IMG/VR virus record: IMGVR_UViG_3300008267_000022
Location: 19,704 to 83,703 of that record
Reading direction: 5' to 3' (one strand)
Length of the DNA: 64,000 bases
Origin: a virus
Shown: one piece after another, positions 26,230-36,839 of the stretch
Layout: each line of letters opens with the position of its first letter
Position numbering within the stretch: the stretch's first letter is position 1
Notes under the pieces: generated by a model
Told to the model about the DNA's origin: nothing
What the model saw: only the letters and a program-made list of their open reading frames with translations
The model's database searches: none
Made by a program: the position numbers and the translations under genes

Positions 26230-27669
26230 TTAATATACAAATGCGTGATTAATTGTGTCTTCTTTAACTTCACTAACGTTGATTAACTCATATTTTTCTC
26301 GTGGAGTCCACGTGTCAAATAATTTATCTATCGCGTTAATTGCTCTAACTCCCATATACTCTCCTGTAAGGCCTGCTTCATTCATTGCCCAATGTCTTCC
26401 TGTTTTACCAAGTTCTTTTCTCATTGTTCTATCTAAAGCATATACTTCAGCAATTCTAGCTGCTGCATCTTCAGCATTACATCTATCATCCCAAATATAA
26501 GGTGTTTTAGGTGAACCTTGAATTGAGCGATTTGTTGGGTAAACCGGGAATGCCCATGAACCATGATTTTTATAACGGCCTGTATGATTTGAAGGAATTT
26601 CAGGTGATGGTGTGTACCAATTTCCGTATTCATCTTCAAAACGCATTTGATCTTGCATACCACCCGTTACATTAGCAATAATTACAGTACCTGCTAAAAT
26701 TGCTTCTGTTAATGATAATCCCCAACCTTCATTTGAAGTTAACAATATTTGAGCATCTGCTATATTGTAAATAAAATTCAATTGGCTACTATTTAATTTA
26801 TTAACTGAAAAATAAACAGCATTGGGGTAGTCGTGGAATAAAATTCTACGTACTGCTTCTAAATCAGTGCCATGATCACTTACTACTTCAGTATGCATTA
26901 CCATAGCACATTTTTCTGCTTTTTCTTTTGGTAATGTATCTAAAAATAATTTAAAAGCAAGCATTGTATCTGGAATTTGCTTACGTCTAATATTTCTAGA
27001 GTTAAAGAATACAACAAAGTCTTTTTCTTTTCCTCCAAAGATACTATCTTTAAAAGCTTTTAATTCTTTTAATTCATCTTCTTTTTCAATTGGATAAAAA
27101 TGGTTTTCATTTAAACCATGAGGAACATATTCAATGATTTTATTCTTAGCTTTTTCACCTAAAACAAGCTCATTAATTAATTTTGTTTGTTTTGAAATTG
27201 CTAATAATGCATCGCATGATTCATAAAATGCTTTGTTGTACAACGGTGCCGGATAATCATCCCAGATGTTTAAATAAATGATTGGACATTGTTTTCTAAT
27301 CTCGTTTTCAATCATAAACAACCATTCAAAATACCTTGGGTCAGTAATTAACATGATAGCATCAGGCTTTTCTACTTCCATTAAGTATCGAATCATTTCA
27401 TGATCACCGTAACCATCTATTGGATATAAAAATACAGATGAATCTTCTATACCTGCATTTATATTAGTATCTGCTGATAAATCAAAACGTTTTCCTTTTT
27501 CTGGGTGGTTTAGGGCTCCTGCTAGGTTAATCCAATTGAAATGATGGGCTGTGTTTAGTACTAATTCACGTGCTACTGTAGCTACGCCGGAGTGTACTCT
27601 AATGTCATCACAAATTAGTAGGATTTTTTTTCGTTCCTTTTGAGGGAGGTAATTGAATTTGTCTTTCAT
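26230..27669 (-). CDS. glycosyltransferase family 4
   Basis: SGVA, RNIRRK, EGWGLSLTEA. Confidence 0.85.
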   Translation of the reverse strand: MKDKFNYLPQKERKKILLICDDIRVHSGVATVARELVLNTAHHFNWINLAGALNHPEKGKRFDLSADTNINAGIEDSSVFLYPIDGYGDHEMIRYLMEVEKPDAIMLITDPRYFEWLFMIENEIRKQCPIIYLNIWDDYPAPLYNKAFYESCDALLAISKQTKLINELVLGEKAKNKIIEYVPHGLNENHFYPIEKEDELKELKAFKDSIFGGKEKDFVVFFNSRNIRRKQIPDTMLAFKLFLDTLPKEKAEKCAMVMHTEVVSDHGTDLEAVRRILFHDYPNAVYFSVNKLNSSQLNFIYNIADAQILLTSNEGWGLSLTEAILAGTVIIANVTGGMQDQMRFEDEYGNWYTPSPEIPSNHTGRYKNHGSWAFPVYPTNRSIQGSPKTPYIWDDRCNAEDAAARIAEVYALDRTMRKELGKTGRHWAMNEAGLTGEYMGVRAINAIDKLFDTWTPREKYELINVSEVKEDTINHAFVY

Positions 27670-27702
27670 ATAACTTTTTAAAATTTAATTTAATATAAAA
27701 CT

Positions 27703-27900
27703 TTATTGTTCTGTTTCCAAACTTAAGTCGTTGTGATTGTGAATTTGTTTTCTAAATTCTTCTTCTGTTAAATAAAGGTGAATTGCTCGTTCACTTAATT
27801 TTTGAAAACTAAATTTTCGTTTAATACACTCAATTTTGAATTTTTCGAATAACTCGTTGTCTATTTTGACACTTGTTAAAACTTGGTTTTTTTCACTCAT
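27703..27900 (-). CDS. ribbon-helix-helix-like DNA-binding protein
   Basis: TSVKID..LFEKFK..C.....SFQKL. Confidence 0.6.
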   Translation of the reverse strand: MSEKNQVLTSVKIDNELFEKFKIECIKRKFSFQKLSERAIHLYLTEEEFRKQIHNHNDLSLETEQ

Positions 27901-27943
27901 ATGTTTTTAATTTAATATTATCGTATATACATATGGCGGGATA

Positions 27944-28879
27944 TCAATAGGTTGCAGAGCATAAGTGGGTTTTATAAAAAGAACACCATTTACAATTATC
28001 ATTTTGTTTTGGTTGGTGTTCTACTTCTTTAAAACCATTCCGATCAAATGCTTGTTCTATAAATTCTTCTATTGATTTTGTTGCTTTGTTTATTTTTACT
28101 TTTCCCGAAGCAGGGCTATAAGTTTGGATTCTTCTAATTACAAAATCTTCACTTTCAAATATCTTACGTTTTACAATTAAAAATTCAATTTCTATATTGT
28201 CTTGAGGGATACCGTAAACTTCAGAAAAATATTTTTTATATATTACAAGTTGAAGTTGTTTTTGTTCATTTGATTTTTCTCTAGCACTCCATCCTTGTTT
28301 GCTTGTTTTTATATCTATAATCTTAATTTTATTAGTTGGCTCATGATATAAAACAACATCTAAATATGCTTGAAACATTATGTTAGGAAACTTAGAATGT
28401 GGATTTAATGTAAGAGGCAATTCAATTCCTACTAAATACCAACCTCGTTTACTAAAATACCTTCCTTTACTTTTAGATAACTCCCTAATAATTTCTACTC
28501 CATCTTCATAAAACTCCCTTAATTCTTCCGGAGTGACAAAATGCTGGTTGTTATTAGACTTGTATTGTTTTTTGTATTCTTCACGGAGGTTTTCTTCTAG
28601 TAATTCAGAAGTGTTAATTCGATCTGCTTCAGCTCCACTTTTTTCATAAAATGTAGTTAAGTAATGTTGAAGTGTTTCATGGAATGCTGTTCCAAAAACA
28701 GTATGGATTGAGGAAGTAAATTGTTTATACCCTTCTCTATATTGTAGTGACCATTTTTTAGGGCATTCATTAAACATGGAAAGTTGAGAGTATGAAATAG
28801 ATTTTTGGGTTGCATAATCTATTTGTGGTAAAACCTTAGTTTTTATTTCTTTTAATACAGAAGGTAACTTTTTTTTCAT
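27944..28879 (-). CDS. PD-(D/E)XK nuclease, Cas4/AddB-like
   Basis: SYSQL...CP, GTAFH, D...IDIKT, QL..Y, CKWC...C (4-Cys Fe-S staple). Confidence 0.85.
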   Translation of the reverse strand: MKKKLPSVLKEIKTKVLPQIDYATQKSISYSQLSMFNECPKKWSLQYREGYKQFTSSIHTVFGTAFHETLQHYLTTFYEKSGAEADRINTSELLEENLREEYKKQYKSNNNQHFVTPEELREFYEDGVEIIRELSKSKGRYFSKRGWYLVGIELPLTLNPHSKFPNIMFQAYLDVVLYHEPTNKIKIIDIKTSKQGWSAREKSNEQKQLQLVIYKKYFSEVYGIPQDNIEIEFLIVKRKIFESEDFVIRRIQTYSPASGKVKINKATKSIEEFIEQAFDRNGFKEVEHQPKQNDNCKWCSFYKTHLCSATY

Positions 28880-28921
28880 TACCTAAAGATATAAAAAATT
28901 TTTTATTTTGCCAAAGAAAAA

Positions 28922-28980
28922 GAAAACCCCCACGATAGCGACGTTGGGGGTTTCGCCGTTACAGTTTTGTAACGGTCCTA
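28922..28980 (-). terminator. tandem hairpins ending in a terminator
   Basis: CCGTTACA-AAAC-TGTAACGG then CCCCCA...TGGGGG-TTTTC. Confidence 0.6.
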
Positions 28981-28984
28981 AATA

Positions 28985-29380
28985 TTATTTTTCAGGAACT
29001 AATCTTTTAAGATCTTCAGCATCTAAAGTAATTTGGATATAGTCTGCTATGGCTTCATACGTAGCTGATGAGCTATTGTTATTTAGGTATCTAAAGATTT
29101 TAGGGGCTTCTTCTTCGAAGAATATTTCTTCATTATTGTATTGGTCGCCTAAATCATACCCATCTTCATCAGGTTCATAAACTACTGAGAATGATACTTG
29201 GCCATTATCCTCAATGCTTCCGTAGTATTCGCCAGAGTTTGAATGTAATGTAACTCCTTTTCCATCAGAGTCATATTCTAGATACGCATTATCTTTATAA
29301 TCCTCATTTAATTCAGCGGCATATTTGCTTTCAGTGATAATGCCAGCTAACATTTGCATGCGAAATAGTTCTTTATTCAT
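28985..29380 (-). CDS. acidic protein with N-terminal RMQMLAGII motif
   Basis: 131 aa; shared motif. Confidence 0.7.
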   Translation of the reverse strand: MNKELFRMQMLAGIITESKYAAELNEDYKDNAYLEYDSDGKGVTLHSNSGEYYGSIEDNGQVSFSVVYEPDEDGYDLGDQYNNEEIFFEEEAPKIFRYLNNNSSSATYEAIADYIQITLDAEDLKRLVPEK

Positions 29381-29381
29381 T

Positions 29382-29618
29382 TTACTTTATAATACCAGCT
29401 CTAACTTGGAGCATTCTACGTTCAGCTAATTGTTCTTCAGAGGCACCTACGATCATATCATAATCACTCATAGATAATACTTTTCCAGCTTCACTCATTT
29501 TAATTATGTTTTCAGCTACATCATGGAGGTCCATGTCATTCTTAGCATCTTCTCTAGCATATTCGAGTAAACGAATAAATAAAGGGACATCTACTTTGAT
29601 TATATCTCGAGGATTCAT
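29382..29618 (-). CDS. hypothetical protein with C-terminal QVRAGIIK motif
   Basis: 78 aa; shared motif. Confidence 0.7.
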   Translation of the reverse strand: MNPRDIIKVDVPLFIRLLEYAREDAKNDMDLHDVAENIIKMSEAGKVLSMSDYDMIVGASEEQLAERRMLQVRAGIIK

Positions 29619-29622
29619 CTTA

Positions 29623-30387
29623 TTATCGTTTAACGTTTTTCCACATAGCAGCAGCTGCTATTTTTTGGCCTTTTTCTCCTCCACCGGCAGCTTTAGCTAC
29701 ATCTTCAAACCCTTTTCCTTTTTTACCAATATCTTCTCCAGCTTTTGCTTTTTTAACTACTGCTGATTTTTGTTTTGCAGATAAACCAGCTGAAGGTTTT
29801 TTATCTTCTCTTAGCTTGCTTAGTAAAGCATCCAATTCTTCTGGGTTGTTAGTAAAGTAATTTTCTCCACCTTCACCTTTAAGGCTGCTTTTAAGTTGCA
29901 TAGCAATATTTCTTGGTCCTTCAGGTGAAAGGAGGTAATTAGCTAGTTCAATCATTTCATCATTTCCAGCTTGGGAAAATTCAAATACTTTAAGGATTTT
30001 ATCTATAGTAGCCCCTACGTTTTCATTTACTTCAGCTTCATATACTTGATTAGCATCTGTTTCTTCATGAGATGGTGCTTCAGGCATATCGTCTTTAGAT
30101 TCATATACATCTGGGTCTTTATCTTCTTCTAGGTCTTGCTCTCTATTTTCAAATTTATTTAAATAGCGCTCACCTAAAAAATGTTCAAATGCATCTTCAT
30201 ATGATTCTTTTACACGACCCTCAAATGGGTTATTGATTGCTCCAATTCCTACAATCCCTCCAGCAACATAGTGTTCATTTAATGAATCTTTTTCTGTGTT
30301 TTGAGATAGCTCTTCAAGTTTAATTCGATATTCACCTTCAGTAATAATACCTGAAAGCATTTGTAAGCGTAGTTGTTCTTTATCCAT
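29623..30387 (-). CDS. hypothetical protein with N-terminal RLQMLSGII motif and basic C-terminus
   Basis: 254 aa; late-type motif upstream. Confidence 0.7.
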   Translation of the reverse strand: MDKEQLRLQMLSGIITEGEYRIKLEELSQNTEKDSLNEHYVAGGIVGIGAINNPFEGRVKESYEDAFEHFLGERYLNKFENREQDLEEDKDPDVYESKDDMPEAPSHEETDANQVYEAEVNENVGATIDKILKVFEFSQAGNDEMIELANYLLSPEGPRNIAMQLKSSLKGEGGENYFTNNPEELDALLSKLREDKKPSAGLSAKQKSAVVKKAKAGEDIGKKGKGFEDVAKAAGGGEKGQKIAAAAMWKNVKR

Positions 30388-30400
30388 TTGAGTATTTTAT

Positions 30401-30409
30401 TATAAATAT
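30401..30409 (-). promoter_or_regulatory. putative late promoter ATATTTATA
   Basis: 13 nt upstream of the ATG at 30387. Confidence 0.55.
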
Positions 30410-30627
30410 TATAGGTTTTTTGCTTCGCGCAATATTTGTAGAGTTTTTTGCATGTATAGCAAATCATCCATTTTTTCCTGGATGCTATGTTCAAGCCAAT
30501 CCTCTAAAGATAAATCATTACGATCCATATTAGTACCGTATTTTTGTTTACCAACAGTAGCTCTTGAAACAAATTGATCAATGATTGAATCAACAATTGA
30601 ATCTGTAACCTTAATTTCTCTAGTCAT
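30409..30627 (-). CDS. small phage protein (possible all-alpha NTP-pyrophosphatase-like)
   Basis: R...G..KYG....R.DL....WL.H..E..D...Y pattern. Confidence 0.55.
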   Translation of the reverse strand: MTREIKVTDSIVDSIIDQFVSRATVGKQKYGTNMDRNDLSLEDWLEHSIQEKMDDLLYMQKTLQILREAKNL

Positions 30628-31055
30628 TGTTTTAATAACTTATTAATTTCTTTTTCTTCTATTCCCATATCATATAACACTCTTCGAGTGCCATGTTCAC
30701 GTAAAATATCAATGTACTCTTCAGCTTCGCCTAAACTGCATTCAAAATGTTTTGCTACGTGCTCTACCAAAGTAGCAGGCTTTCTCTTTATTCTTGATTT
30801 AACGTATTTCAAGAACGTTTTAGTTTTTGGAATCATCTCTCTATAAATTTGATATGTTTGTTGTTTGTTCTCGTATGGTAGAGTTTGAACAAAATTAGCT
30901 AATTCAACATAATTTATATTCATAGATACATATCGATGTATCATGTAGGAGTTCCATTTCTCCCATGATTCTTCCGAAATATTTTCAATAGGAGTTTTAT
31001 AGAGGGTGATTTCATTTAACCACCCCCATATATCTTTTATTTGTTTTTTAGACAT
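30624..31055 (-). CDS. clamp loader small subunit (T4 gp62-like)
   Basis: W.SYMIHRYVSM...ANFVQ...KYVK; near the large subunit. Confidence 0.7.
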   Translation of the reverse strand: MSKKQIKDIWGWLNEITLYKTPIENISEESWEKWNSYMIHRYVSMNINYVELANFVQTLPYENKQQTYQIYREMIPKTKTFLKYVKSRIKRKPATLVEHVAKHFECSLGEAEEYIDILREHGTRRVLYDMGIEEKEINKLLKQ

Positions 31056-31290
31056 TCAAAGTAATATCTTTATATTCCTCACGAATTTCTTTAGGAAGTG
31101 AATCAGGTAAAATTTTCTTTGATTCTAAATCATAAAAAACAGGTACAGGAATAAGCATATCTTCATCTGATCCTACAAGGAATTTGGATACTTTTCGGAT
31201 GATTACTGCTTGTCCAAATAATTTACCCCCATTATCTCCTTCAACTGGGGTTGTGTTTTGGAAGTCGATGTTTAATTGTGGTTTTTCCAT
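31048..31290 (-). CDS. hypothetical protein
   Basis: 80-aa ORF. Confidence 0.65.
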   Translation of the reverse strand: MEKPQLNIDFQNTTPVEGDNGGKLFGQAVIIRKVSKFLVGSDEDMLIPVPVFYDLESKKILPDSLPKEIREEYKDITLNV

Positions 31291-31291
31291 T

Positions 31292-31504
31292 TTATTTATT
31301 TTGATTGTTTATTTTTTCTTTTCTATATTCATAAAAGTCATGAATGAATCCTGCTGCTACTATTATATTCATTCCAAAAGACATTAATATTTCATGTAAA
31401 TCAGCATATATCGATGTCATCAAATGAATGTGTCCAACTGTCCAAAAAGGTACAGATAGGTTACTTGATACCCACGAAAGAGTATATTTTAAAAAGTGCT
31501 TCAT
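31292..31504 (-). CDS. small membrane protein
   Basis: 70 aa, hydrophobic. Confidence 0.55.
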   Translation of the reverse strand: MKHFLKYTLSWVSSNLSVPFWTVGHIHLMTSIYADLHEILMSFGMNIIVAAGFIHDFYEYRKEKINNQNK

Positions 31505-32409
31505 ATTACTTCTATAATCTTTGCGATTGCAGACATTATATTAATTTCTTTATCTATTCTAAAATTAGCTTGATGTAAATGTTCATTTAATATTATTGCA
31601 ACAGAGCCTTCTTTGCCTGGGGCGTATTTTGAGGAGTGTTCAAATAATGAGCGGTATAGTTCTTCAAAGTCTTTAATATTTGAATCTGCTATAATTTGTC
31701 TAATAGTGAGCCATTTCTTATCACCCATTAATTCTTTTAATACTTCTTTAATGTAATTATTTGAAGTTAAAACAGTTTTATCTAATTGAACATGATCATC
31801 TTTTATAGACATTTGGATTACATTTAACATTTTCCTCATATCAGGATAATATTGAATAATAAGTGTCTTAAGATCTTCAGGTTGATAAGATAAACTTAAT
31901 TGATCTGCTAATATCCAAGTTAAATGATTATAAACATCTTTTTTAGTTGGGGGTACAATTTTAAGTACTTGACAACGTGATTGAAGTGGATCAATTATAC
32001 GTTCAACAAAATTACAAGTTAATATAAAACGTGTTGAGCGAGAAAATGTTTCAATTACGTTTCGTAAAGCCGCTTGCCCTTGAATAGTAATAAAATCGGC
32101 CTCATCTAGTATTACTACTTTAACTCCTTTCCAAGATGCAGCACTAGCAAATCCTTTTACTTTTTCTCGAATTGTATCAATTCCATTTTCATCTGAAGCA
32201 TTGATGTAAAGGTAGTCGCAGTCTAAGTTTTTAACTATAATTTTAGCTAATGTAGTTTTACCTGTACCTGCGGGTCCATAAAAAATAAAGTTTTGAATAT
32301 CACCCTGGTCAAGGTATTTTTGGATTATATCTTTAACATTTTCATTACCTACATAATGTTTTAATTCAGTAGGACGAAAACGTTCTACATATAATGTGTT
32401 TTCTTTCAT
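31501..32409 (-). CDS. clamp loader large subunit (RFC/T4 gp44-like AAA+)
   Basis: ERFRP, GPAGTGKT, NASD, LDEAD, SRC. Confidence 0.92.
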   Translation of the reverse strand: MKENTLYVERFRPTELKHYVGNENVKDIIQKYLDQGDIQNFIFYGPAGTGKTTLAKIIVKNLDCDYLYINASDENGIDTIREKVKGFASAASWKGVKVVILDEADFITIQGQAALRNVIETFSRSTRFILTCNFVERIIDPLQSRCQVLKIVPPTKKDVYNHLTWILADQLSLSYQPEDLKTLIIQYYPDMRKMLNVIQMSIKDDHVQLDKTVLTSNNYIKEVLKELMGDKKWLTIRQIIADSNIKDFEELYRSLFEHSSKYAPGKEGSVAIILNEHLHQANFRIDKEINIMSAIAKIIEVI

Positions 32410-32445
32410 AACCTTAATATACTAAAAACTTTTATTAAAACAAAT

Positions 32446-33420
32446 TTATTTTATAATACCTGCTCGAACTTGAAAAGCACGCTTGAGTTTACGTTCAAAT
32501 AATCTGTTTGTAATATTTTGTACTTTTTGTTGAATAGCACTTCTTTCTTTACCACTTTTAAATCCTGATATTTGAATTATAGCATTGTCAGGGTTTTGTT
32601 TAGAAATTACTACTTTAACTTTTAAATCTGAGGCTCCTGGTTTTAGTTCGGGGACTTTAGATTCTAGGTCATCCTTTAAATCTTCAGCATCTCCTACGCT
32701 TAATGGGTCTCCTTCAGGTGTGTTAGTAATATTGTATGAAGGAATAGCAGTTTTTACTGGTTCTTTAGTTTTAGGTTCAGAAGGTGTTTCGTCTTTTGCT
32801 TCTACTGGTTTGATGGTGAAGTCACTTATTCCAGCATTTTTCATTACTGTTCTAAGTACTTTTTCCAAAGTTTCATCATTAGGAACAGTTTTATTATCTT
32901 TTCTAGGGAACACTATTAATCCATCCTCTTCAACCCATTTTAATATATCTGATTTTTGGGTGATGTCTAAGATAATTGGGATCATAGCTTCAATACTAGA
33001 TTGAGGATAAAATACTTTCCAATCAGTAGCTTCTTTTGGTAACTCATCAAAACTTAAATTTTCCCACCCTGTAATATCTAAGCCAGTTCTTGATTGGATA
33101 TCTTTAGCTTTTTTAAGTTTCCACTCGGCATCAGATGAATTCCATTCTTTTCTATTAGCTGGGGTTTTCATGTTAGGGCCTCCACCTGGTCCAAATGCTT
33201 TTTGGATTATAGGGTTAATTGATGGGTCAGCTTGCCTTTGGTAAGTTACGTACTGGCCATATCCGGCATCTTTGTAGTTATTTAGGTCTTCTAAAGCAGC
33301 CTCAACTTGTTCTATCGGGGTTTCTTTAGTAAATAAAGCTACATTTTTTACTCGTCTAAGACCTTTAGAATTGTCTTGGTCTTGATCTTCGTTTTCAAAT
33401 AAAAAGTCTAATAATCTCAT
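32446..33420 (-). CDS. hypothetical protein with C-terminal QVRAGIIK motif
   Basis: 324 aa; late-type motif directly upstream. Confidence 0.7.
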   Translation of the reverse strand: MRLLDFLFENEDQDQDNSKGLRRVKNVALFTKETPIEQVEAALEDLNNYKDAGYGQYVTYQRQADPSINPIIQKAFGPGGGPNMKTPANRKEWNSSDAEWKLKKAKDIQSRTGLDITGWENLSFDELPKEATDWKVFYPQSSIEAMIPIILDITQKSDILKWVEEDGLIVFPRKDNKTVPNDETLEKVLRTVMKNAGISDFTIKPVEAKDETPSEPKTKEPVKTAIPSYNITNTPEGDPLSVGDAEDLKDDLESKVPELKPGASDLKVKVVISKQNPDNAIIQISGFKSGKERSAIQQKVQNITNRLFERKLKRAFQVRAGIIK

Positions 33421-33423
33421 AAT

Positions 33424-33432
33424 TATAAATAT
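33424..33432 (-). promoter_or_regulatory. putative late promoter ATATTTATA
   Basis: Immediately upstream of the ATG at 33420. Confidence 0.5.
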
Positions 33433-33450
33433 CTAAAAAAATAGGACCCA

Positions 33451-33714
33451 TTACATCGGGTCCCCGTAAATATTAAAACGTTTAACTGGTTCCGGTTGAA
33501 TTTCTTTTTCTTCACTTTTTATAACATAAAGTTTACTATCTAAAGGAGCTAAGCGAAATTCTGCTTTTTCTTGATATTTATCAAACCATGCTTCTAAAAC
33601 ATCGGTAAGTGACTTATGAATAACTTTATTACTATCATTCACAAGCACCCACTGATCTCCAGGGGGTACTCGTGTTGCTATAAGTTCGTGGTATTCTACT
33701 TTTTCTGTTTTCAT
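33451..33714 (-). CDS. hypothetical protein
   Basis: 87-aa ORF. Confidence 0.7.
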   Translation of the reverse strand: MKTEKVEYHELIATRVPPGDQWVLVNDSNKVIHKSLTDVLEAWFDKYQEKAEFRLAPLDSKLYVIKSEEKEIQPEPVKRFNIYGDPM

Positions 33715-33715
33715 A

Positions 33716-35647
<1,932 letters not shown>

Positions 35648-35651
<4 letters not shown>

Positions 35652-36004
35652 ATTTCTACTTTATTTAACATTGATTCAATTCCCTCTTTAACATTATTCC
35701 AGGTACTAATATACCCTTGAATAGTTTCATATTCACCTTGATTTTGATAAAATTTTTCTTTAGCAATGCGACCTAAGGCATTTTTAAAACTTGTGTAATA
35801 CCCTATAACATTTTCTCTTTCTTTACCAGAAGCTTCAGCTCCTCTAAATCCTTTTTCAGCAATCTTTTTTTCCATTACTGTAAAGTTAGATGCATCTTTT
35901 ACAATGTAAAAAGGCTCAATTGCGGGGTCTTTAATAGTACAATAATTGGATTGTGTGTCATTTTCATCCTTAGCAGGACGACCTTTACTTTTTGTTTCTT
36001 TCAT
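35648..36004 (-). CDS. hypothetical protein
   Basis: 118 aa; TTTGG-N19-TATATT promoter upstream. Confidence 0.7.
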
Positions 36005-36072
36005 AACTGAATTTAAATTTATAACTATAATATACTAAAACTATTTTAGATTTCCAAATCTTGTTATAAATA

Positions 36073-36807
36073 TTAAAAGGCACTCTCTTCTTTGCGTACC
36101 ATATAATATTCACATGTTGTGCCCTCTGATTTAAATTCTAATTTCATTAAACCTTGGTAGCTTAAAAATATAAAGCCTTCCTCTAAATCTTTATTTTCTT
36201 TTAAGATATTTCTAAACATATCTGAATTGAATGGTATTTCAACTTTTTCAGGTTGGATTTTACCGTACATCTGGTATGTAATTTTGTTGTTATGGCCTTG
36301 TTCATCTCCAAATGTAAATACACACATGTTATCTCCTTGCATATCAACATCAACTTTAACAGTCATTGATCCTATTCCTGTTAGAGCATTTTTTGCTTTA
36401 ACTAGATTATCAACATACTCTTTTTCTAAAGGTAAAACAGCATCCCATTCAGGTTCTGTAACGGAACCTACTTTCCCAATCAACAAAGGGTCTGCTAAAG
36501 CATATGTTAAGTTAAAGGCACTATCCGCAAAATGTAATTTAGTGTAAACATTTTTACCTTTTTCTAGGGTAAACATTAAGTCGCCTGAGGTGATTCCTAA
36601 CAGGTTTAGGAATTTCTTTGTATCAAAGATTGCTAATTCACTATCCTCTATATCAAAATTTTGATGTACAATTTTACCTATAACTTCTTTGTTTACAGAC
36701 ATAAAGTTAATAGTAAGTGTTTTATCTTTGATTTTCCACTTGACGGATTCGTTTTCGCCTAAGTAGTACTTGTTTATAACTGATTGTAAAATTAATTTAT
36801 TTACCAT
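36073..36807 (-). CDS. DNA polymerase sliding clamp (gp45/PCNA-like)
   Basis: Size, position after the polymerase, LAIFD..KFL.LL and C-terminal YYMV pattern. Confidence 0.7.
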   Translation of the reverse strand: MVNKLILQSVINKYYLGENESVKWKIKDKTLTINFMSVNKEVIGKIVHQNFDIEDSELAIFDTKKFLNLLGITSGDLMFTLEKGKNVYTKLHFADSAFNLTYALADPLLIGKVGSVTEPEWDAVLPLEKEYVDNLVKAKNALTGIGSMTVKVDVDMQGDNMCVFTFGDEQGHNNKITYQMYGKIQPEKVEIPFNSDMFRNILKENKDLEEGFIFLSYQGLMKLEFKSEGTTCEYYMVRKEESAF

Positions 36808-36839
36808 GTGTTAAATGTATGAAATATTTTTTAAGTATC

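Noticed and set aside
13467-27669. Bacterial O-antigen or capsule locus (host contamination)
   Set aside because: It is continuous in strand, spacing and promoter style with phage genes, and lacks wzx/wzy/ABC export genes
27944-28984. CRISPR system suggested by the Cas4-like nuclease
   Set aside because: No repeat-spacer array or other cas genes are visible; solo Cas4-like nucleases are common in phages
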